Shown: piece by piece, positions 41,723-50,689 of the stretch
How the letters are laid out: each line of letters starts with the position of its first letter
How positions within the stretch are numbered: the first letter of the stretch is position 1
NCBI GenBank assembly: GCA_031362405.1
Contig: JANLSO010000056.1
Location: forward strand, 2,981-66,980
DNA length: 64,000 bases
Source of the DNA: Thermoleophilia bacterium
GTDB taxonomy: Bacteria > Actinomycetota > Thermoleophilia > Miltoncostaeales > Miltoncostaeaceae
Direction: 5' to 3'
Notes under the pieces: model-generated
Database searches by the model: none
What the model was told of the DNA's origin: nothing
What the model saw: only the letters and a program-made list of their open reading frames with translations
Program-made: the position numbers and the translations under genes

Positions 41723-42793
41723 ATGAAGGTGCGAGTGATCCGTCCCGACGAGCTGAGCGCCTCGGATATCGAGAGCTGGCGCGCAATCCAGACACGGGCG
41801 GGACTCAATAACCCGTTCTTGTCGCCCGAGTTCGCCCAGGCCGTCGGCCGCCACCGTGCCGACGCGCGCGTCGGTGTGATGGACGACGGCAGCGGGGCGG
41901 TGGGCTTCTTCGCTTTCGAGAAACGTCGATGGCGGATCGGCAAGGCGATCGGAGCAGGCGTCAACGACTGCCAGGCCGTGGTGGTCGATCCCGGTCTCGA
42001 GTGGAGCGCCGCCGAGCTCGTCACGGCCTGCGACCTCGTCGTATGGGAATACAGCCATCTGATGGCCGAGCAACCGCAGTTCGTGCCCTATCACGCTGCT
42101 GTGGTGCCGTCGCCGATCATGGATCTCACCGACGGCTTCGAGGCTTTTTGCAAAGCGGTCAGCGAGAATTCCAAGTCGTGGATTTCAAAGGCCCGCCGCG
42201 GCGTCCGCCGCCTCGAGCCGAGGTTCGGGCCGGTGCGGCTCGAGTACGACGATTCCGATCCGGCCGCCCACCGCACGGTGCTCGAGTGGAAATCGAATCA
42301 GTACCGCCGCACCGGTCGACCCGACCCGATCACGCGCCCGTGGGTATCGGCGCTCCTGGCCGATCTGTTGGTGGGAGGTACGGATACTTTCCGGTGCCTC
42401 TGCACGTCTCTCTACTCGGGCGAACGGCTTGTTGCCGGGCAGATAAACCTCCATTCGCCGCGGGTCGTGGCCGGGTGGATCATTGCGTACGACCCCGAGG
42501 TCGCAAGCGCCGGTGCGGGCAACCTCTCCGACCTCATGATGGCCGAGGCCGCCGCTGAGCGCGGCGTCGACTACATCGACCTGGGAAAAGGCGACAACTT
42601 CAAGAAGGGATCCCTCGGCACCCGTGAGCTGCGGGTCGCCGAGGGGTGGGTGGAGCGCCGAAGCATGGTCACGGTGGCACGCCGGGTGACGCGAACGCCC
42701 GTGCGCGCGACGCATGACTTCATTGTTCGCAATCCCCCCGTGCGGGCCGCGGTGAAGCGCGGCCTTCGTGTGGTGGGAGGTCTTCGACGATGA
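41723..42793 (+). CDS. CelD/BcsL-like GNAT acyltransferase (Acetyltransf_6-type)
   Basis: SWRAIQTRAGLNNPFLSPEFAQAV N-terminus and YIDLGKGDNFKK C-terminal pattern, as in cellulose-biosynthesis CelD-like proteins. Confidence 0.6.
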   Translation: MKVRVIRPDELSASDIESWRAIQTRAGLNNPFLSPEFAQAVGRHRADARVGVMDDGSGAVGFFAFEKRRWRIGKAIGAGVNDCQAVVVDPGLEWSAAELVTACDLVVWEYSHLMAEQPQFVPYHAAVVPSPIMDLTDGFEAFCKAVSENSKSWISKARRGVRRLEPRFGPVRLEYDDSDPAAHRTVLEWKSNQYRRTGRPDPITRPWVSALLADLLVGGTDTFRCLCTSLYSGERLVAGQINLHSPRVVAGWIIAYDPEVASAGAGNLSDLMMAEAAAERGVDYIDLGKGDNFKKGSLGTRELRVAEGWVERRSMVTVARRVTRTPVRATHDFIVRNPPVRAAVKRGLRVVGGLRR

Positions 42794-42997
42794 CCCCGCC
42801 GATCGGACGATCGATGCGTCTGAAGCACCCCCGATCGGGGGTTGTCGCGCCACACAGACCCCCCCGATACTCGCCTCCCATTCGGCTCAGGGACGACGAC
42901 GAGCCCTCCGACAACGCAGAGTGATCGTGACGCCCCTTCGAGATACCCATGACGAACCTACGCGGCGCAATCGACCACATCGCGCTGAGGGCTCGCG

Positions 42998-43879
42998 GTG
43001 AGCCCCGCCCTGCCCACGGACAGAGCACGAACAGCGATCCCTGTGGTGGTTTTCCATTCGGTTCGCGACTGCTCAGGAGAACCGATCTGGACCCTGCCAC
43101 GGGAAACGTTTCGGCGGCACATCCGCGCGATCGCCGAGAGTGGTCGCACCAGCATCAGTTTCGGCGATCTCGCCGATGGCCTCGCCGGTCGCCAGCCCAT
43201 GGCCCAGCATTCGGTCGTGGTGACCTTCGACGACGGATTTGCCGACAACCTCGATGCCGTGGCCATCTGCGATGAATACCGGCTGCACGTAAGCGCCTTC
43301 ATCACGACCGACTACCTCGGTCGTGACGCCATGCTCACCCCCGCGCAAGCCCGCGAGCTGGCGGCCCAGGCGAACGTCGAGGTGGGATCCCACACCGTCA
43401 GCCATCGTCGTCTCGACGAGCTGACACGCAGCGAGATCAACCGGGAGCTGCGCGACAGTCGAGAGCGCCTCGAGGACATTCTCTCGGGCCCGGTGTCGAC
43501 GTTGGCGTATCCGTACGGCAACTACGACGAGCGGGTCAAGCGGATCGCGGCGGCGGCCGGGTACCGAGGTGCCGCTGCCGTACGAATGGCGCTTTCGCAT
43601 CCCGCCGACGACCCCTTTGCGGTCGCCCGCCACCTCATCAGTACCCGTACCACCGACGCCGAGTTGGCCGACATCCTCGCGGGCCGGGGTCGGCTGGCCG
43701 CGCGCCACGAGCGACTCGTGACGCGCGGCTACCGCTGGGCACGCCGGGGCCGCGCGATCGCCTGGCAGGGGACCCGGCACGGGCCCATCGCGAAGCGGCT
43801 AGCCGGAGGGCCCGATGGTCGTTCCGCCGACCTCGGCGCCCGCGGGGCTCGACCCGAACAGGGAGCGGAAGAGCACTGA
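42998..43879 (+). CDS. polysaccharide deacetylase (NodB/CE4)
   Basis: VVTFDDGFADN (motif 1), VGSHTVSHRRL (motif 2) and LAYPYGNYD (motif 3). Confidence 0.88.
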   Translation: MSPALPTDRARTAIPVVVFHSVRDCSGEPIWTLPRETFRRHIRAIAESGRTSISFGDLADGLAGRQPMAQHSVVVTFDDGFADNLDAVAICDEYRLHVSAFITTDYLGRDAMLTPAQARELAAQANVEVGSHTVSHRRLDELTRSEINRELRDSRERLEDILSGPVSTLAYPYGNYDERVKRIAAAAGYRGAAAVRMALSHPADDPFAVARHLISTRTTDAELADILAGRGRLAARHERLVTRGYRWARRGRAIAWQGTRHGPIAKRLAGGPDGRSADLGARGARPEQGAEEH

Positions 43880-45130
43880 GGATTGCGGATACGTGTCGTC
43901 GTCGATGCGGTGACGACCGAGTTCGGACTGCTGCTTGTTGAAGTACACCATCCATTCCACGGCGTGAGCGCGGGCGAAATCGGCCATGCCCTGAATGAAG
44001 ATCGGGTTGTCGCCTCCACCCGCTCGTGCTCGTGGCACCAGGCCGAACTCCGGGATGACCAGGGGTCGGTCGTAGCGAGCGGCAAGGTCGCCGTACCACT
44101 CGAGCCCGTGGTCTCCGGTCAGCAGATGGTTCCAACACCTCGTCTGGCGGGCGACGATGTCTGCCGCAACGGCGTGGTCGGGTATCGGATAGGTGTCCGG
44201 CAGGAAGCAGATGTCGTAAACGTCGACCCCGATGGCATCGACCACGTCGGCCCCGGGCCAGGCGCGTTCCGCCGGCCAGTTGTCGGGGTCGACGGGTCCC
44301 AGTGCGGGGTTCCACACGAAGGTGAAGTGGGCCCCGGGTACGGAGCGCATGGTTGTGACGATCCGACGGTAGTAGGCCTTCCATGCGTCCGGATCTGACC
44401 GGGCGCTCCACGGCTGCCAGTCGCCGGAGAATTCCCAGCCGGGTCGTAGGACCGCCCTCGCCTGCCCGCCCGCGACGAGCCGTTCGCCGAGCTCGCGGAA
44501 GTAGCCGTCGTAGGCGCCGGATGCGCCTTCCTGAAGCGTCCCGCCCTGCTCGCGGGGAATCATCACCAGCGAGTAGGCGATTCGGGCGCCCACATTGCGC
44601 CACGCATCGACAAGCCACCAGGGGTTGGCGATGGCCCTCCAACGCAGCTCTTCGAGGCCGTCCGAGGCAACCACCGGCCGGCGGCCGAGCCACCCGGCGA
44701 ACCGCTCGAATCCGTCGCGGTCTCCCGGCCCGATGTAGACCCCGATCGGGATGCGAGCGTTGGAGGTTGGCCTGGCGACGGCGGCCGCAGGGGGCAGCGC
44801 AGGAGGGTCAGCGACGAGGAGAGCCGCGGCGCCGGCGACGCAGATGATCGCGATCACGGCCCCAACGATGACGCGCGCACGAGGTGGGCGACGTGTCGCC
44901 AGCGCCGGCGACCCGCCCAATCCCCGTCGACCGACATCGCGCGTGTCCTGCCCGGGAGGATCGGCAACCCGTGATTCCCGAGCCGCGCGTGGGGGGAGCC
45001 TCGCCCTCACGCCCACACTCTGTTCGAAGGAAGGTCTGCCGACATGCGCCCAGGTGCGCGTTGTGGTCGCATCACGCTCCCCCTTGCCGATCGGCCGTCG
45101 TACATCTGCGGGGTGCTCCACCAGGACCAT
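43799..45130 (-). CDS. membrane-anchored glycoside hydrolase, GH26-like
   Basis: TM anchor VIVGAVIAIICVAGAAALLV followed by LRPGWEFSGDWQPW, DAIGVDVYD and LVIPEFG motifs resembling GH26-type (mannanase-like) TIM-barrel hydrolases. The start is uncertain (ATG 45130 chosen; listed ORF reaches 45424). Confidence 0.6.
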   Translation of the reverse strand: MVLVEHPADVRRPIGKGERDATTTRTWAHVGRPSFEQSVGVRARLPPRAARESRVADPPGQDTRDVGRRGLGGSPALATRRPPRARVIVGAVIAIICVAGAAALLVADPPALPPAAAVARPTSNARIPIGVYIGPGDRDGFERFAGWLGRRPVVASDGLEELRWRAIANPWWLVDAWRNVGARIAYSLVMIPREQGGTLQEGASGAYDGYFRELGERLVAGGQARAVLRPGWEFSGDWQPWSARSDPDAWKAYYRRIVTTMRSVPGAHFTFVWNPALGPVDPDNWPAERAWPGADVVDAIGVDVYDICFLPDTYPIPDHAVAADIVARQTRCWNHLLTGDHGLEWYGDLAARYDRPLVIPEFGLVPRARAGGGDNPIFIQGMADFARAHAVEWMVYFNKQQSELGRHRIDDDTYPQSSVLFRSLFGSSPAGAEVGGTTIGPSG

Positions 45131-45215
45131 TCCTGAGGTCGACAGCAGGGGCGGCGGCGCGGAGTGCCGTCGTCGCGTAGTCGTCGGTGCCAGCGGCCAA
45201 TGAACGGCGCGATGT

Positions 45216-46244
45216 CTATCGACGCCCGGCCGGAGCGATCCGCACGTCGTAGTCCCAGTTCTGCCAGCAGCAGAACGGGCGGGGCGGAAGCATCTGAAGG
45301 CGGTCCCACGGGAAGGATTCGATAACGCCCTCGCGGTCGGCATCACCGATGAGCGCGGTAAAGCGGTCAACGCCCACCCCGCGGGGATCCTCTCCGTAGA
45401 AGGCCACCGCGCCTGCGTGATCACGGACGACGATGCCGTACCGCTGGGCGGCTTTCGCCATCATCCGCGCAAGAGGATGCAGGCCCAGGCCGTCGATGTC
45501 GAGAGCGGGGTCGAGCCGAAAACGTGCCCCTTCGAGCGGGGCGCTGGGGTCAGACGATGATCCGTCGGTTCGCGTTGCCGGCAACGTCAGTGTCTCGCGC
45601 CTCACCTCGGGCACCGCAAGCGCCAGAACGTGGTCGATACGGCCCTTGCGAAGGTCGCGCGCGGTGACGAGCCCTCCCACCGCCGGCAGGCCCGATGCAG
45701 TCGCCCCGTACGGCGCCTCGATGATTCCCGCCGAACGTGAGACCTGGGGGATCTTCGCTCCGTGGCGGGCTTCGGGGCCGTGAGGGCCGTTCTGGAAAAC
45801 CCAGAACTCCCACATCGTGTCGCTGCTCGGCTGCCAGATCACGATGTGAGCGTCGGTCCCGTCGGCTGGCCTGGCGTTCGGTGGCACGGGCGCCTTGGCC
45901 CACCTGTTCGGGCTGTCGGCACGTGGTGATCCACCGTCGCTGTCGCGCACAACGACCTGCGGTACGTTCGGCCCCACGGTGAAGACCGGGATGCTGAACT
46001 TCTCGATGTTCATCCACGGACCGCCGTAGGCGTCTTTTTGGCGAATCAACTCCGCAACGACGGCCCCGGACGTCGGGGCGATGGTCTGATTCGTGGCGAG
46101 AGGTCGGTTCCAGAAGCTCGTTGGGGAAAACCATTGCGGTTCAACGACAGGTGTCTTCGTCGCGGTTGCGCCGCCTGCCACCGACAACGCGACGAGGAGC
46201 GCGAGGCTCAGGCCGGCGGTCAGCCATCGAAAGAGTATGCGCAT
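45216..46244 (-). CDS. secreted protein of unknown function (paralog of 32473..33447)
   Basis: Signal peptide MRILFRWLTAGLSLALLVALSVAGG. Shares SFWN.PL, DAHIVIWQP, WEFW, GRIDHVLALAVPEVR, EGARFRLDPALD, YGIVVRD and FYGEDP with the ppdK-linked lipoprotein. Confidence 0.7.
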   Translation of the reverse strand: MRILFRWLTAGLSLALLVALSVAGGATATKTPVVEPQWFSPTSFWNRPLATNQTIAPTSGAVVAELIRQKDAYGGPWMNIEKFSIPVFTVGPNVPQVVVRDSDGGSPRADSPNRWAKAPVPPNARPADGTDAHIVIWQPSSDTMWEFWVFQNGPHGPEARHGAKIPQVSRSAGIIEAPYGATASGLPAVGGLVTARDLRKGRIDHVLALAVPEVRRETLTLPATRTDGSSSDPSAPLEGARFRLDPALDIDGLGLHPLARMMAKAAQRYGIVVRDHAGAVAFYGEDPRGVGVDRFTALIGDADREGVIESFPWDRLQMLPPRPFCCWQNWDYDVRIAPAGRR

Positions 46245-46282
46245 GGCCCGCAGACTAACCGGGCGGTGGGGCGCACCGGCAA

Positions 46283-47341
46283 ATGACCGTTCGGTACGGT
46301 CTCGCATCACCAGTGGCAACCTCAAATACAGCCCCCGACACTCCACTCATCGCCGTCATCACGCCCGTGTTCCGCGGTGCGCGCCATCTCGCGGACTGCC
46401 TGGAGGCGGTCCGTCGGCAGGAGCATCAGAACTGGTGCCACATCGTCGTCGACAACGCGAGTGACGACGACACCCGCGCTATCGCCGCGACGGCCGCAGC
46501 CGAGGATGCACGGGTACAACTGGTCACCCACGACCTCTACGTCCCGATGCTCGACAACTGGAACCGGGCGCTCCTCGAATGCCCCGCCGACGCGGAGTAC
46601 GTGATGCAGGTCGGCGCGGATGACCTCATCGCCGACGACTGCTTCACCCGGATGCTCGATGTGGGCCTGCAGTACCCCTCGGCCCAGCTGATCGCGGCGT
46701 ACCGCAGTGATGGCAGCATCACTTTGCCGGCCGCGTTCGACGAGAGCATCGAGCTCATCGCCGGAGTCGAGGTGGCCAGGGAAGTCTTGCTTGGTGGCAC
46801 CGACGTGATCGGCTCGCCGAGCAACGTGATGATGCGAGGCGATGCGATCCCGATCGGCACACCGATGTACGACGGTCGCGCGTGGCCACCCGGTATGACC
46901 AACGCCCCGGCCCGCTGGGCGGTCGACAAGGAGCCGTTCCTGCGCATGCTCGACGGGGGTTACGTTGCCTTCACCCACGGTGTGCTGACCATGTCACGCC
47001 AAGATGACGGCGGCGCAACATCGGTGACCGAAGATCTGCGGACCCACTGCGCCGGTGACTTGGAGCTCCTTCTGCGGTTCGCGGAACGTTTCTTGACCCG
47101 GGCGGAGCTTCGCCGGCGCGCCCGGGTTCTCGCGGTCCGCTATTCGGCGATCATTGCCAACCAGGCCCTTCGCCGCGGGCGGCGCCACGATGAGCGCTTC
47201 GTGGAGTACCACTCCCGTGCGCTTGCCCACCTGGCTCCGGTGCTGCGCGAGCAGGGCGCGCCGGAGGCGGCGACCGCGTTGCGTGCCGCGCGGCGAATGC
47301 TGGTCGCGCGGTCAGCCGCGCCAGGCCAAACGGTGACGTAG
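46283..47341 (+). CDS. family 2 glycosyltransferase
   Basis: IAVITPVFRGARHLADCLEAVRRQ, VVDNASDDDT and VGADDL (DXD-like) motifs. Confidence 0.8.
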   Translation: MTVRYGLASPVATSNTAPDTPLIAVITPVFRGARHLADCLEAVRRQEHQNWCHIVVDNASDDDTRAIAATAAAEDARVQLVTHDLYVPMLDNWNRALLECPADAEYVMQVGADDLIADDCFTRMLDVGLQYPSAQLIAAYRSDGSITLPAAFDESIELIAGVEVAREVLLGGTDVIGSPSNVMMRGDAIPIGTPMYDGRAWPPGMTNAPARWAVDKEPFLRMLDGGYVAFTHGVLTMSRQDDGGATSVTEDLRTHCAGDLELLLRFAERFLTRAELRRRARVLAVRYSAIIANQALRRGRRHDERFVEYHSRALAHLAPVLREQGAPEAATALRAARRMLVARSAAPGQTVT

Positions 47342-48223
47342 ACCCGCCGCGACGCGTTGTGCGGCGACGCTGAACGGCGAGGCTTCGCGGTGCCCGTCGA
47401 CGACGGCCCGCATCGTTGGCACCAGCGCGCGCATCAGCACGTCGTCAAGTCGATGCCGTCGCGTCACGGAGATTCCCGGGACGCGTCCGCTGGCGGCGAG
47501 CGCGAGGCGCAGGGCGCGGGGCTGCGTACGTCCGCGCGAAAAGGCCCGCGCGTGCGCAAACGCCGCCGGATGCCGTGCCCTCAGGGCGGCGACGAGATCA
47601 CCGTGTCGTGATCGGTCAGCGGCGAGCCGCCGGGGCGTTGCGTGTTGGCGGTAGCGCGCATGAGGGCGGCCGATATGGCCTCCCTTCCAGCCCTGCTCGG
47701 CGATCGAGAGCCAGAGATCCCAGTCTTCGTACCCGAGGTCGAGGCTCCAACCGCCGGCGATCTCGATCGCCTCCCGACGGTAGAGCGAGCTGTTGGGCAT
47801 CCGGTTGACGCGGGTCAGCAAGACCGGGTCGAGCGTCGGCCAGGTGGGGAAGACCCCGCAATAGGCACCGAACGCCTCGATGTCGCCCCATGCGGCGCCG
47901 AGCGTCGGGTCGCTGTCGAGCCGGTCGGCGAGGTCGCTCAACACGTTCGCACACAGCTCGTCGTCAGCATCCAAGGGGAGCACGTAGGGAGCGGTGGTCA
48001 TCTCGAGGCCACGGGTGCGCGCGGCGCAGACGCCGGGCTCGCGCACCCGCTCTACGTGCACTCCTGCGCGCTGCAGCGCGTCCAACAGGGCGAGCGTTTC
48101 GGGGTCGGTTGATGCCGAGTCGACCACGACCAGCTCGTGCGGCTCCTGGTCGCGCAGCGAGGCGATGGCATCGGGCACGAAGGCGCCGTCGTTGTGGCAG
48201 GGGATGATCACCGTGACTCTCAT
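47312..48223 (-). CDS. family 2 glycosyltransferase
   Basis: ATG 48223. VTVIIPCHNDGAFVPDAIASL, VVVDSASTD, LPLDADDEL and EDWDLWL motifs. Confidence 0.85.
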   Translation of the reverse strand: MRVTVIIPCHNDGAFVPDAIASLRDQEPHELVVVDSASTDPETLALLDALQRAGVHVERVREPGVCAARTRGLEMTTAPYVLPLDADDELCANVLSDLADRLDSDPTLGAAWGDIEAFGAYCGVFPTWPTLDPVLLTRVNRMPNSSLYRREAIEIAGGWSLDLGYEDWDLWLSIAEQGWKGGHIGRPHARYRQHATPRRLAADRSRHGDLVAALRARHPAAFAHARAFSRGRTQPRALRLALAASGRVPGISVTRRHRLDDVLMRALVPTMRAVVDGHREASPFSVAAQRVAAGLRHRLAWRG

Positions 48224-49653
48224 AAGCCTGCCCTTTCCCGAGGTATTGCCTCGGTTGAGGCGCTCAGCCATGGCACGCCGGCGGCGACGACGCCCGCCCA
48301 CATCATCACCATCAGGTTCGGGAAGGCCTGCGACAGCGGGGCGAACATCGCGACAACCGCCCAGGAGGTTGCGACCGCCACCAGTCCGATGCCCCAGGCG
48401 TAGAGCTGGGGGTCGCCACGCGCCAGGATCGGGCCGAGCACCGCCAGCCCGAACGCGGCCGCCCACAAGAAAACGCCGAGCAGCCCGAGTTGGGCGGCGT
48501 AGAGGAGGTAGACGTTGTGTACGACGAGACCCTCGCCCTGCTGCGGGTACGTGTCGGCCTGTCGGAAGTAGTCGGGGCTCTCGGCCGCGAACGTCGCCCA
48601 TCCGAAACCGATCAGTGGCCGTTCGTCAACCATCCCGACCGCGGCGGTGACCATGTTGCGTCGATCCCAGACCGGGCTCTCATCGGCGGCCCGCGACTGG
48701 ATGTTCGACGACAGCGCGGGCACGGTCGCCAGGGCAACGGCAAGTACGACCACGAGGCATGCGAGGGCGGGAAGCAGGTAACGGCGCAGCCGTCGCGCGG
48801 CGAGCATGGCAAGGGCTGCACCCAGAATCGCGGCGATCCACGCCGAGCGCGTCAGCGTCAGCAGGATGCCCAGCGCACACAGCGCCAGCGTCGCCCACGC
48901 AATGAGGCGCCATCGGCCGCGCCAACACGTCAAGGCAACCGCGGCCGCCGCCCCGCACATCACCATGGCCAACCCGTTGGCGCTGGCCTCCACGAACGGT
49001 CCGCGCGAGCGGCCGAAGTGGATCCCGACGGTCGGGTCGGTGATGTAGCCGGGGAATACGAACGCGGTAAGGCCGACCGATTCGGCGATCGCCGTGAGGC
49101 TGAGGTAGAGGCCGACGGCAACCAACGTGCCGATCAAGATCGCCCGCTGACGCACGGTTCGAAACGCGAACGGCGCCACCAGAAATACGAGGAATGGAAC
49201 GATCCCGAACCGATCGAGCAGGGCGTAGACCGACGCGGTGTCGGTGGTACCGGCCCAGACCGCGGACAGGATGGCGTAGAGCGCTGCGAGTACCAAGAGC
49301 ACATGGACAAACTGGAGGCGAAGTGGGGCTCGGTGGCCGAGGCCGGGGGCCCGCAACGCGACGGCGATCACTCCGAACAAGAGAATCAGGCGGTCGGGCC
49401 CGATGGGAAAGCCGAGCGACGCCCAGTTGCCCGAGAACATCGTGGCGGCGGCCCCGAGACTGAGCGTCCACGCGGGGTCGGCATGCCACGCGATCACCGC
49501 CAAGGCGCCCGCCGTGACGAGGCCCAGGAGGAGGGTCAGCGACGGCGCGCGGTCGGCCCTGGTCGATGCGACCGCTGCGAGTGCCCACACCGCGACGACG
49601 CCGACGCCCAGACCGACGACGGGCAGGCGCCGGGGAGCCGCCCGCGCGATCAC
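48220..49653 (-). CDS. O-antigen ligase/polymerase-family membrane protein (Wzy-like)
   Basis: About 10-12 helices with an LTLTRSAWIAAILGAALA loop motif typical of the O-antigen ligase (Wzy_C) family. GTG 49653 lies one nt after the upstream Wzz-like stop. Confidence 0.65.
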   Translation of the reverse strand: MIARAAPRRLPVVGLGVGVVAVWALAAVASTRADRAPSLTLLLGLVTAGALAVIAWHADPAWTLSLGAAATMFSGNWASLGFPIGPDRLILLFGVIAVALRAPGLGHRAPLRLQFVHVLLVLAALYAILSAVWAGTTDTASVYALLDRFGIVPFLVFLVAPFAFRTVRQRAILIGTLVAVGLYLSLTAIAESVGLTAFVFPGYITDPTVGIHFGRSRGPFVEASANGLAMVMCGAAAAVALTCWRGRWRLIAWATLALCALGILLTLTRSAWIAAILGAALAMLAARRLRRYLLPALACLVVVLAVALATVPALSSNIQSRAADESPVWDRRNMVTAAVGMVDERPLIGFGWATFAAESPDYFRQADTYPQQGEGLVVHNVYLLYAAQLGLLGVFLWAAAFGLAVLGPILARGDPQLYAWGIGLVAVATSWAVVAMFAPLSQAFPNLMVMMWAGVVAAGVPWLSASTEAIPRERAGL

Positions 49654-49654
49654 G

Positions 49655-50605
49655 CTAGTCGCGGCTGCGCGCGGCGTGTCGGGGCACGTACGTGCTGGGG
49701 GAGGGGGCGAGGTAGGCGAGTGCCGCGCCGAGAGCGAGGCCGGCGAGTAGCCCGGTGAAAAGGAGCTTTTGGAGTGTGGAGGAGCGATCGTTTGTCGCTC
49801 CTCGGGCTGGATCGATGACCCGCACAAAGTTCACGCCGCTGATGCCCTGTGTGCTGGCGCGGTACTGCGCCCGCAGAGTGTCGGCACGCAGTCGCAGAAG
49901 AGCGGCGTTGGTACCCAGCCGCGCGAATCTCACGCGCTCGGCTTGGCTGATGCGCTTGCCGTCAGGGCTTGGGCGTCGCTTGGCATCGACGCGTGCCTTA
50001 CTGAGCCGCTGGTTCGCCAGACCCAGCCGAAACGTCGCCCGCGTGAGGGCGCGCTCGATGCCCCGATCTTCGCGGTCGCGAGCGATACCGGCGTTGTTGT
50101 AGGCGATGAACGCCCGCGCCGCGGCGTTCGCCGTTGCCACCGCGTTCTCCTCGCTCGTCCCCGTCGCGAAGATCCGGAAAAGGGGGCTCTCCGGAATCGG
50201 TGCCGCGGTGATGCGCCCGGCGACCCGGTCGACCGGGAGCTCGAGCGCTCTCGCGGTACGCGCCACGACCGGTGAGGAACCCACCACTCGGCTATAGCCG
50301 ACGGCGAGCGATTGCACGCCGGCGGCAAAGCCGGGAAGAGCAAGAAGATCGCCGTCCTGGCGTCCAACGTTCAAGCGCGTCTCCGCGCTGTACGTCGGGG
50401 TACGCGTGAGCCCAACGACGACGGCGAGGCCCATGAGCACGACAACGGGCAGGATGACGCGCAGTGGGTTCGCACGGACGGCGTCCATCAACGAGCGCCG
50501 GGGCGGGAGCGCGGCGTCGGAGAGATCGTTACGCGGGTCAGTGGGGCTGATCGTCGGCTCCTCAGGTGGTGCGGCATGAGACCGAGTAGAGATTCGGCGT
50601 CTCAT
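49655..50605 (-). CDS. polysaccharide chain-length determinant (Wzz/PCP-like), no kinase domain
   Basis: N-terminal TM (LRVILPVVVLMGLAVVVGL), a long helical periplasmic-type region and a C-terminal TM (LLFTGLLAGLALGAALAYL). There is no Walker motif tail. Confidence 0.6.
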   Translation of the reverse strand: MRRRISTRSHAAPPEEPTISPTDPRNDLSDAALPPRRSLMDAVRANPLRVILPVVVLMGLAVVVGLTRTPTYSAETRLNVGRQDGDLLALPGFAAGVQSLAVGYSRVVGSSPVVARTARALELPVDRVAGRITAAPIPESPLFRIFATGTSEENAVATANAAARAFIAYNNAGIARDREDRGIERALTRATFRLGLANQRLSKARVDAKRRPSPDGKRISQAERVRFARLGTNAALLRLRADTLRAQYRASTQGISGVNFVRVIDPARGATNDRSSTLQKLLFTGLLAGLALGAALAYLAPSPSTYVPRHAARSRD

Positions 50606-50689
50606 CGGCACGGAGGCAGTTTGCTTTACCGAAGGGGACGAACTGCCGATGACGCCGTCGATGCAGCAATATGGAAATCTAGCGAACCG

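Noticed and set aside
42826-42841. CCCCCGATCGGGGG hairpin after the CelD-like gene as a member of the palindrome family.
   Set aside because: It is only 14 nt and shares no arm sequence with the five related elements. It is most likely an ordinary stem-loop.
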